DNA of 64,000 nt from an uncultured archaeon (GTDB lineage: Archaea; Iainarchaeota; Iainarchaeia; Iainarchaeales; VGJJ01). Below the pieces are notes generated by a model. It was not told the origin of the DNA. It ran no database searches and saw only the letters and a list, made by a program, of their open reading frames with translations. How positions within the stretch are numbered: the first letter of the stretch is position 1; each line of letters begins with the position of its first letter. Positions 1 through 7,761 of the stretch are shown here, piece after piece. The position numbers and the translations under genes were made by a program. Location: NCBI GenBank assembly GCA_964363635.1, contig CAYIIU010000001.1:5112-69111 (forward strand), in the 5' to 3' direction.

Positions 1-1316
1 CAACCACCACAGCGCCCCAACACACACTCTCAACACCTACCATTTCATCGAGCACGTATGTTCCGCCCGCGCCGCCCGCTCAACCGATGGCAACCGAAAA
101 ATTATGGGAGAAAGGAATACTCGCAACGGTGGACGCACGTTTAGCGCAAATGGAACGCTTGAAGAAAGAACTCGATGACGTGATGGAAAAACGAATTCAA
201 ACGCATTATGATTCCATGGAAAAAAAATTGGAAGCACTATTTGATGCGCAACGGCAATTATACAAGTTCAAAATGGACGCGGAATTGAATGCCAAAACGA
301 AAGAAGTGGAAGATATTTTCGACCAAAAAATAAATGAAATAAAATCATTGAACTTGAGCACGCAGGAAGACTTGCAGCGAATCAAGGGACAAAAAATGAT
401 TATTGAAGATTTGGCCAAAGACTTGAGCGACAAATCCATTGCCCTTGATGCCACGAAAAAAGCCATCATCGATGACACGGGACAAAAATTAGAGGATTTA
501 CAGGAAAAAGTGGATGACTTGGTGGGAGAAACCGAAACACGCATGAGGGAAGTAGAAAACCGCGCGTCAAAAACACTTGAACTCGAGGAAAAAATAACAT
601 CCAACTTGAGTGCGCAGATGGAAGAGCAGGCCAACAAGATTGTCGAGGCAAAAGTGGAAGATTTACGGATGGAAATCAAAAAAGAAATTATCGAATTGAA
701 AAAATTGGGAGCGGATTTAGCATCGAAGGACATTCAAGGCGTCGTCGAGGAATTCAAAGAGATGAATGAGAAGATGGAGAAGACCAAAAAAGGAATTGAC
801 GAACTTGTTGAGAGTAAAACCCGCGAAGTGGATAAGATGATTGAGACCAAATTAGTGGATGTGGAAAAAATTGTCAACAACAAAATGGAGTCTCTTGTAA
901 AAGAGAAAGAACAATCATTCTCCAAAAAAGTGGACACGCAATCCATGGATGTGAACTCGCTCAAAAAAGAACTGGCCCAAAAACTGCTTGAAACCGAAAC
1001 ACGCATGCAGGGGTTGGACGGATTTCAGAGACAGTTTTTGGAAACACTCAAAAAAAGCAACTTTGAACGGGAAGAATTAATGGGAATTTTGAAAAAGAAA
1101 ATTGAAACATTTGACGTTCGAGCGGATGAAAAAGTGGCCATCATCGACCAACGCTTGAAACAATTGGACGCAGTTGTTGGCGAGCTGGGAACGCTGCTCA
1201 CGCAATGGAAGGGGCAGCAGGCGCAGAATATGGCGAACGCGAACATTGCTGCCAGCCACGCAAACGACGCACCCACTCCCGCGAAAAAGGGCGGATTAAA
1301 CCCATTCAAGAAGTGA
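1..1316 (+). CDS. long coiled-coil protein, probably 5'-partial
   Basis: About 370 aa of K/E/L-rich heptad-like sequence. The frame is open from base 3 (TTTAPQHTLSTPTISSSTYVPPAPPAQP) into the Met at 87, so the gene may start left of the window. Ends in KKGGLNPFKK. Confidence 0.8.
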   Translation, partial: TTTAPQHTLSTPTISSSTYVPPAPPAQPMATEKLWEKGILATVDARLAQMERLKKELDDVMEKRIQTHYDSMEKKLEALFDAQRQLYKFKMDAELNAKTKEVEDIFDQKINEIKSLNLSTQEDLQRIKGQKMIIEDLAKDLSDKSIALDATKKAIIDDTGQKLEDLQEKVDDLVGETETRMREVENRASKTLELEEKITSNLSAQMEEQANKIVEAKVEDLRMEIKKEIIELKKLGADLASKDIQGVVEEFKEMNEKMEKTKKGIDELVESKTREVDKMIETKLVDVEKIVNNKMESLVKEKEQSFSKKVDTQSMDVNSLKKELAQKLLETETRMQGLDGFQRQFLETLKKSNFEREELMGILKKKIETFDVRADEKVAIIDQRLKQLDAVVGELGTLLTQWKGQQAQNMANANIAASHANDAPTPAKKGGLNPFKK

Positions 1317-1378
1317 ACCCAAAGGAAAATACGCATGACAAACCAGATGCTTTTTATGCCACAAATCAAAAACAGGGT

Positions 1379-2239
1379 ATGGCATCATCAAAGTTAAGAC
1401 GGAAAGTACGCGGACCATTATTGGTTTGGAGGGCCTTTCAGCTTTTCTCTCAAAAAAAACCTTCACGAGCAGTTTATGAAGAATTAATTAAAGAGCACCC
1501 TGAACTGGGAATTCAGACTCCTGAAAAAATGGAACAATACATGAAAAGGCTCATTGGACTTACATCGGGACAAAAAATAGAACACATTTTTGCAGGAAAA
1601 AATTCAAGAGAAACTTGGGAACAATTCATTGTTTACTTGAATGCGCACAGTCGAAAAAGAGAAAAAATAGTTGCAGCGTTGAAGGGAAGACCGCTCGCGC
1701 GTGATCTGCGGGAAAAAATTGCGGCTGCCAATCGGACACCTGAAAAAAGAGCCATTGTTCGCGCGGCAAACACCGGACGAGAATTAACACCTATGGAAAG
1801 CGCCAACCGCTCGCGCGCACTCAAAAAAAGATGGGAACAAACCATTGCAAAAAACCCAGAGGCGGGAAAAGTGGCTGCTGCACATGCCAACCGAGCCCAA
1901 ATTCTTACCAGACGCCAACGATTGCGCCAAGCTATTAATGAAGGAACAATCCAAGAGGGAGAAACCACTTTTGGGACAAACACAAGAGAAGTGATTGCAG
2001 GAAAGGAGTTTTCTCCCGAAAGAGAAATGTCACGACGGGAAATTAGAAATCTGTTGAATGAAGAGGCAAGGAGATTAAGTGGGATCAAGCGACAAATAAT
2101 CCTAGAACATTTCTTTGAAGAGAAATCCCTTGAAACAATTGCAACCGAGACGGGAATAGGATTGGAACGTATTCAAAAACATTACCGAGAGGCCCTCCAG
2201 ATATTATCCCGGAAATGGAATGTCCGCGCGTTGGTTTGA
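1379..2239 (+). CDS. basic orphan with NUMOD3-like repeats and a C-terminal sigma70 region 4-like HTH
   Basis: ATG at 1379 avoids overlap with the upstream gene. Repeats REKIVAALKGRPL / REKIAAANRTPE / RAIVRAANTGREL; C-terminus LSGIKRQIILEHFFEEKSLETIATETGIGLERIQKHYREALQIL. Confidence 0.65.
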   Translation: MASSKLRRKVRGPLLVWRAFQLFSQKKPSRAVYEELIKEHPELGIQTPEKMEQYMKRLIGLTSGQKIEHIFAGKNSRETWEQFIVYLNAHSRKREKIVAALKGRPLARDLREKIAAANRTPEKRAIVRAANTGRELTPMESANRSRALKKRWEQTIAKNPEAGKVAAAHANRAQILTRRQRLRQAINEGTIQEGETTFGTNTREVIAGKEFSPEREMSRREIRNLLNEEARRLSGIKRQIILEHFFEEKSLETIATETGIGLERIQKHYREALQILSRKWNVRALV

Positions 2240-2305
2240 CCACTCCTACGCACCCGCTTTAAAAGGATTCTGAGGGCGTTTTGATACGTCAAAGGGGATT
2301 TGCTT

Positions 2306-2335
2306 TTTTGATCGAACTTTTTAAAAAAAAGTTCG
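2306..2335 (+). repeat. tailed hairpin repeat, copy 1 (abuts tRNA-Ala)
   Basis: TTTTGAT-CGAACTTTTT-AAA-AAAAAGTTCG; the last G is tRNA G1. Confidence 0.75.
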
Positions 2336-2406
2336 GGCGCTTGGCGCAACGGTAGCGCGCTTCCATGGCATGGAAGAGGTTGGGGGTTCAAATCCCCCAG
2401 CGTCCA
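2335..2406 (+). tRNA. tRNA-Ala(GGC)
   Basis: Acceptor GGGCGCT/AGCGTCC with G3:U70, anticodon arm CTTCC-ATGGCAT-GGAAG, T arm GGGGG-TTCAAAT-CCCCC, discriminator A; CCA not encoded. Confidence 0.95.
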
Positions 2407-2431
2407 TAACCGGAAACCTCCGGTGGTGCGG

Positions 2432-2488
2432 CAGCCTTTTAGAAAAAGGCTGGCGAAAATTTCGATGAACCCTTTTCCAAAGGGTTCA
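2432..2488. repeat. back-to-back doublet of tailed hairpin repeats (copies 2 and 3)
   Basis: CAGCCTTTT-AGA-AAAAGGCTG-GCGAAAA (minus orientation) followed directly by TTTCGA-TGAACCCTTT-TCC-AAAGGGTTCA. Confidence 0.75.
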
Positions 2489-2543
2489 AGGACTAGGAGG
2501 GATTTTCAATCCCTCGGTAGGCCAATTAGTAGTAGAGGCAAAT

Positions 2544-2614
2544 GCGGATGTGGTGCAATGGTAACATCAGAGCCTTCCAAGTTCTGGACCTGGGTTCGAT
2601 TCCCAGCATCCGCA
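2544..2614 (+). tRNA. tRNA-Gly(TCC)
   Basis: Acceptor GCGGATG/CATCCGC, anticodon arm AGAGC-CTTCCAA-GTTCT, T arm CTGGG-TTCGATT-CCCAG. Confidence 0.95.
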
Positions 2615-2615
2615 T

Positions 2616-3506
2616 TTATTCTTTTTTTGAAGCCGAAATGCTTGAATAGTACGCGCCCCACAATCCACCATTGTCACCTAATTGCGTTGCAACGATTGGA
2701 GGAACAGGATGCAACGTAAATGGTTTGATTTCATCCGCACTCGGAATAATTTCGGAAAATTGAGATACGCCAATGCTTCCCATAATAATTATCTTATCCA
2801 CCGCAAAAACATTGAGCATCGTTCCAATTCCACGTGCATTCACCGCGCGTGATTTTGCAACAATGGATCTTGCTTTATCATCTCCTTTTTTCGCAAGAGC
2901 AAAAACTTCCTCGGGAGAAATAAGATGATTGAATACTTTTTCGGTTTGCATTTGAATTCCTTTTCCTGACGAAAATGAGAACCAACACCCTTTGTGATCC
3001 AAAACACATGCGGGCGCACCTGAATAAGTGTCTAAAATCATGTGTCCGAATTCACCCATCGTTCCTTCCACAAGAGTTTTATTCCATACTAACCCCGCGC
3101 CCATGCCCGTGCTAATGGCAAGGAGGTAGAATGAGTCCAATCCTTTTCCATATCCGAGGAAAAACTCCGCTTTAACAGCGAGCTTCAGATCGTTTTCGAT
3201 TTTAACGGGATTTGGAAACGCACGAATGAGCGACTCGAGGGAGATGGATGACAAAATTCCTAAGGGACCTGAATTGAGGAGAATATTTCCTTGAATCGGA
3301 CCGGGAAGGCCGATGACGGTGCACTCCACGCTTGTTTTTTTCGCAGCACCACGAATTTCAGTTGAAAGATTTTTGATTAACAAAACAAGAGATGGAAAAC
3401 CAGCTTGCGTGCTGGGGATTATTTTCTTCGCGAGAATCTTTTCATTCTCGATAATAGCGCCGCGGATGGATGTCCCACCGACGTCAAAACATTCGATGAG
3501 GGGCAT
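2616..3506 (-). CDS. ROK family sugar kinase
   Basis: DVGGT, IENDL, ISTGMGAG, GEFGH followed by Cys residues, GLWGA. Confidence 0.9.
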   Translation of the reverse strand: MPLIECFDVGGTSIRGAIIENEKILAKKIIPSTQAGFPSLVLLIKNLSTEIRGAAKKTSVECTVIGLPGPIQGNILLNSGPLGILSSISLESLIRAFPNPVKIENDLKLAVKAEFFLGYGKGLDSFYLLAISTGMGAGLVWNKTLVEGTMGEFGHMILDTYSGAPACVLDHKGCWFSFSSGKGIQMQTEKVFNHLISPEEVFALAKKGDDKARSIVAKSRAVNARGIGTMLNVFAVDKIIIMGSIGVSQFSEIIPSADEIKPFTLHPVPPIVATQLGDNGGLWGAYYSSISASKKE

Positions 3507-3512
3507 AATCGC

Positions 3513-3749
3513 CTACGGTGAAATCAATAGGATGTTGTCGCCGCGAAGAATAATCTTCCCGTACTTTGTCTTCGGCTGGCCGTTTTCCCAACTCTCGGCG
3601 CTTTCCATGACAATGTTCATGTGCACATCAAATGCTTTCAACACGCCGCGGAAGGACCACCCTCCCTTCAATTCGACAAGGACGTTTTTTCCAATGCTTT
3701 CACTCAACAAATCGAATGGTCGAGAGGCGTTGGGGTTGTTGGTAGTCAT
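3513..3749 (-). CDS. Sm-like archaeal protein (Lsm/SmAP)
   Basis: RPFDLL...VELKGG...G.LKAFDVHMNIV...ILRGDNILLISP; RBS GGAGTGA upstream. Confidence 0.95.
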   Translation of the reverse strand: MTTNNPNASRPFDLLSESIGKNVLVELKGGWSFRGVLKAFDVHMNIVMESAESWENGQPKTKYGKIILRGDNILLISP

Positions 3750-3783
3750 GGGTATCTATCACTCCTAATCGTAAAATAATCAA

Positions 3784-6027
3784 TCACACTTTCATCTCTT
3801 CCATTCCTTTTCCGGAAGGAGAACTTTTCTTTCCTCCGCCGAACAAGCGGGCGAAGAAACCGAAAATGGAACCAAAGAAACCTGAATGAGTTTTATTCTC
3901 GTCGAAATTGACAGGAAGACCGGCAAGGCGCGCGGCGAGCTTCTGAATTTCAATGGAAGACTTTGCCTGCGTATTGCGAAGCATTACGGGAACGGCTTTG
4001 TCGCGCTGAAACGAATGACGCATTTCATCATCGTAGGGCACCGTTGCATATACTGGGAGTTCCATCATGCGCGAAACTTCATCCTTGCCAATTTCACCTT
4101 TTTCAAAACGAACCATGTTGAGGACAATTCCCAAGGGTTTGTTTCCCAAACGCTGCGCGACGATTTTTGTTTTCAACACGTCTGCGATGGATGGAGAATC
4201 GGGCGTGGCGATGAGCAAGGATTCTTCCGTGGATGCAATCGTGGCGAGCACGGATTTTTCAATCCCTGCGGGACCGTCCAACAAAACAAAATCGAACTTA
4301 GGTTGAATGGTTTTGATGACCGTTGCCAATCTGTCGGCGTCGACGCGGCGATAATTTTCGAGTGATAATCCGGAAGGAATAAATTTCAGCCCATTGGGGC
4401 CATCGTAAATAGCATCATGGATTCCCGCTTCGCCGAGCAAAACATCGTGTAATGTGATTGGAGAGGATTGCATTCCCAACAAGAGTGAAAGATTCGCCAT
4501 CGCAATGTCCGCATCCACTAAACATACGGACACGCCGCGCTGCGCAAGGGCGATTCCTAAATTAGCACAAATGGATGTGTTGGAGAGAATGATTCCCGAT
4601 GCGTGCGTGAAATGGCCACCGTATTCAGAAACCTGGAAGTCGTAAACATATGGACGATTGTAATCAATTCGTTTCACATCGTCCACGCGTCGAAACTCCA
4701 CATTGTCTTGAAGCATTTGCTCCAACCACGAAATGAGTGGGTGCTGGACATTCATTTCTTTGTAAACATTCAAATAACGCTGCACCGTTTGTTTGGACAG
4801 CGCATAGTATTCCCATTCGTATTCATAGACCATTTGCTTGGTGCATCCCAGCTTCTTTTCAATTTGCAACGCAGTCAAATCGGATTCCTCTCGGATTTGT
4901 TTCAATAATTTTCCAACTGGATACACATCGATATTCGTATTCTCCTCTGCGGGACTCTGCAATTGATCAAATAAGCGGTTGGCCTTTTCCTGATGAGTAA
5001 AACCAATGTAATCGGAATATTTTTGTGCATTTTGTCCGGTAAGATATAAGCGCCAATAGGGCTGCTTCTCTGTCATTTTACCATTTGTTGCCATTTTGTA
5101 CGTTAGGGTTATTTGAGATGAGATGCCAAAACGGTTGCGCAATAATGACGCGACTTGGAACGCAAGCTTCTTTGATTTCGTATCATACTCGATCTCTCGG
5201 CGGTCAATATTCACTGTTCCATCGGTATCAAATAGACCCCGAATGAATGCAGCAATTGACGGATTGCTGGAGTTAAATAATGCAGTCGGAACTTCTTTAT
5301 CGCCGGCCAATGCCATTTTTACGCCGTACTTTTCGAATAGTTTGCGAATGGGCTCTTTTTTGTAAACGCTCATAACAAATGAATTACGATCCTTGTTCTG
5401 GAAAACCTCTCCAAAAACTTTTAAGTACGATTCACGAATGTTTCGAACCATGTCGGGCGGAGTGGCAACCACAGAAATGCCATTCTCTTTCATATTGCCA
5501 TCACCAATCACATATCCTAACCATTGAGCAACATACACAGGAACACTATCTTCGTTTTCGATATCGTGCGTGTTTTTGTACAAAAGCAAATAATCTTTTT
5601 TGGAAACGATTTCGTCCGCGCGAACTTTTTGCAACTTCCCCGAGCGCATGACGACAAATTGATGCTCTGGAGTGACGGAAACATCACCCGCTGCACAACA
5701 GATGGTAAACAATTCCTTAGGAGCGGGCTTGCGCATCAATGCAAAAGGTTTATTTTGAAAGTGGGTCACTTTCTGATTTTCTTCGGAAAACAAAAAAGAA
5801 TTAAGTTGGAATTCAGACGGAGAATCAATCACTTCAAAAAACTCTTCTGAACCGTCCGTCAGTTTGACAGCGACTTTCTTCACGGTTTGCGGACTTTTTT
5901 CGATTAAAGAGTCAATGAATGGACCGATTTGAATAACATCCCCATTTGACAAAGAAATGTATTCATCGTAGGATTGACTTTTCCCTACTCCACCCTTTCC
6001 TGAAACGATTGCTATACTTCGACCCAT
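3784..6027 (-). CDS. minD: MinD family ATPase containing an intein
   Basis: Deviant Walker A SGKGGVGK|TS after splicing, VDADIAMANL, LDGPAG, C-terminal amphipathic helix GFFGSIFGFFARLFGG; spliced length about 280 aa. Confidence 0.9.
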   Translation of the reverse strand: MGRSIAIVSGKGGVGKSQSYDEYISLSNGDVIQIGPFIDSLIEKSPQTVKKVAVKLTDGSEEFFEVIDSPSEFQLNSFLFSEENQKVTHFQNKPFALMRKPAPKELFTICCAAGDVSVTPEHQFVVMRSGKLQKVRADEIVSKKDYLLLYKNTHDIENEDSVPVYVAQWLGYVIGDGNMKENGISVVATPPDMVRNIRESYLKVFGEVFQNKDRNSFVMSVYKKEPIRKLFEKYGVKMALAGDKEVPTALFNSSNPSIAAFIRGLFDTDGTVNIDRREIEYDTKSKKLAFQVASLLRNRFGISSQITLTYKMATNGKMTEKQPYWRLYLTGQNAQKYSDYIGFTHQEKANRLFDQLQSPAEENTNIDVYPVGKLLKQIREESDLTALQIEKKLGCTKQMVYEYEWEYYALSKQTVQRYLNVYKEMNVQHPLISWLEQMLQDNVEFRRVDDVKRIDYNRPYVYDFQVSEYGGHFTHASGIILSNTSICANLGIALAQRGVSVCLVDADIAMANLSLLLGMQSSPITLHDVLLGEAGIHDAIYDGPNGLKFIPSGLSLENYRRVDADRLATVIKTIQPKFDFVLLDGPAGIEKSVLATIASTEESLLIATPDSPSIADVLKTKIVAQRLGNKPLGIVLNMVRFEKGEIGKDEVSRMMELPVYATVPYDDEMRHSFQRDKAVPVMLRNTQAKSSIEIQKLAARLAGLPVNFDENKTHSGFFGSIFGFFARLFGGGKKSSPSGKGMEEMKV
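4579..5979 (-). mobile_element. intein (467 aa) with LAGLIDADG endonuclease and XRE HTH, in the MinD Walker A
   Basis: Starts SQSYDE, block B TPEHQF, WLGYVIGDG and FIRGLFDTDG, block F YVYDFQV, ends GIILSN with Thr at +1. Confidence 0.9.
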
Positions 6028-6118
6028 ATTGATTCACCGAATACTACACGGAATGTACTCTAAACGTGGTTTAGGCATTTAAAGGCACCGATAGGAAGGG
6101 GCTCCATAAACCCGCTTG

Positions 6119-6592
6119 TTAATCCCCGTGGGCTTTGAGGAAGGACTCAATTTCCTTAGCAAGGACTTGCAACTCGACTCGCGTGAGGTCGCTGCCGGCG
6201 CGGATGATGTAGATTTTCCCGTTGTAGGGGAAAATCATGAACCAGTTTTCTTTGTCTTTCACGAGAATCGTTTCACTTTCAGGCAATTCCGTCTTGATGT
6301 AATTGAACATCGCGCTTCCGATGATGGCTTCCGAAAAATCATTCTCATCCGTGGAAATGACAATGCTTCCATTGGGGGAGCAAATGCAAATCGAATCGAC
6401 CAAATGCTTTTTTTTCATGGATTGAACTAATTCCTGGATGGACGTGGTGTTCAATTCAAGTTTGTGGCGCGACAAAAAAGTGTTCAACAATTTCATCTGC
6501 TCCTGCGGCGTGTGATTGTCATCTACATCGAGCACGCGCTTGGTCATACTGCGCACAAATTGTTTTACTCCGCGAATCACCATATTATTCAT
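6119..6592 (-). CDS. hypothetical protein, probable roadblock/profilin-like fold
   Basis: Apparent alpha-beta-beta-alpha-beta-beta-beta-alpha pattern (VDSICICSPNGSIVIST...ILVK...FMIFP..KIYIIRA...LAKEIESFL); RBS GGTGA. Confidence 0.55.
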   Translation of the reverse strand: MNNMVIRGVKQFVRSMTKRVLDVDDNHTPQEQMKLLNTFLSRHKLELNTTSIQELVQSMKKKHLVDSICICSPNGSIVISTDENDFSEAIIGSAMFNYIKTELPESETILVKDKENWFMIFPYNGKIYIIRAGSDLTRVELQVLAKEIESFLKAHGD

Positions 6593-6614
6593 TCACCTTC
6601 ATTCCATTGTTAAA

Positions 6615-7121
6615 CTAACGACCTTCAATTCCGGCCAAGCCAAAACGCTTGAACAATGATTCTTTGGACGCGGACTCGACTTCTTTGGCAGGACCAATCT
6701 TTTTGGCCAGTGTTGCATCGAACGAATCTTTTACAAGGGGTTTGAACTGTCCCTTCAAAATGGGTTTAGATAATTTTATTTGGGGATTGAATGCCGTGAC
6801 CAAATCCACTTGCTGTATGGAAAGATCAACCATGTCCAACACCCCAAACTCGGAAAGAAAACCATTCATGACGTGAACAACCGCTTCGTCGCCGTTCAAT
6901 GTTTGCTTGAGACCATAATATTCGTACACGGCACCCATCCCCTGTCCTTGACGGAATAGCACGGCAGACTCTTCCACGCCGCTCTCACCAAACAAGGACT
7001 CGACGACGTATCCGGAGAAATCCGCCGCGGACAAGTCATCCAAATCCTTCTTGGCATCAAACGATTTGACGCTCTTTCCTAGGATTCGCGTTACTCCAGC
7101 AGGTAAATTCATGGTTTTCAA
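6615..7121 (-). CDS. DUF2226-like protein
   Basis: MNLPAG start, FSGYV...EESAVLFRQG, QVDLVTAFN, and C-terminal SKESLFKRFGL, as recalled for DUF2226 proteins found next to archaeal minD. Confidence 0.65.
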   Translation of the reverse strand: MKTMNLPAGVTRILGKSVKSFDAKKDLDDLSAADFSGYVVESLFGESGVEESAVLFRQGQGMGAVYEYYGLKQTLNGDEAVVHVMNGFLSEFGVLDMVDLSIQQVDLVTAFNPQIKLSKPILKGQFKPLVKDSFDATLAKKIGPAKEVESASKESLFKRFGLAGIEGR

Positions 7122-7275
7122 TCACGCTCAACGAACACCATCACGGCACGGGCATTATTAAGCGTTAGCTGACGACCCAACCGCACCGCCATGGAATTGT
7201 TTCGCCCTTCCAAGTAGGCTTAAAAAGCGTCCGCCACCAAACTAGTGAGTTGAACCCGTTTAAGGTGAGCAAAAA

Positions 7276-7680
7276 ATGTCTGAAATCAAATTTACCCACG
7301 TTGGACAACTCCGCGAAGGCGGATATGTGATGATTGACGGCTTCGTCTGCCAAATCAAGACATTTGAAAAATCAAAACCGGGAAAGCACGGTGCCGCTAA
7401 GGCACGCATTACGGCCACGGGATTGTTTGATGGACAAAAACGCAACTTGATGGCCCCCGTCCACGGCGATGCGGAAGTTCCTATTGTAGACCGAGGAAAC
7501 GCTCAAGTAGTTGCCGTCATGGGCGGACAAATCCAGATCATGGACGTAGCCACGTATGAGACGCACAACGTGCCAAAACCGGCTGAATTGAAAGACTTGG
7601 CGAGCGGGGATGAAATAGAATACCTCCGATTCGGAACCAACTTGAAGATTTTGCGCAAACGCACCACGACGACGGCGTAA
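7276..7680 (+). CDS. eif5a: translation factor aIF-5A
   Basis: Hypusine motif KSKPGKHGAAK; RBS GGTGA. Confidence 0.97.
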   Translation: MSEIKFTHVGQLREGGYVMIDGFVCQIKTFEKSKPGKHGAAKARITATGLFDGQKRNLMAPVHGDAEVPIVDRGNAQVVAVMGGQIQIMDVATYETHNVPKPAELKDLASGDEIEYLRFGTNLKILRKRTTTTA

Positions 7681-7761
7681 ATAAGAAAAATCGCATTCCA
7701 TTGCCTTTTCCATACACCGCAACGGCTGAAAGTATATAAACACGGAAACGATTAGGCGTGC

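Noticed and set aside
206..1006. Long antisense ORFs here and elsewhere (e.g. 16604-17194, 23456-24208, 47614-48303)
   Set aside because: They are shadows of well-supported genes on the opposite strand, with S/F/I-rich composition and no motifs.
2306..2520. CRISPR array made of palindromic repeats
   Set aside because: The units differ in sequence, lack regular spacers, and no cas genes are present.
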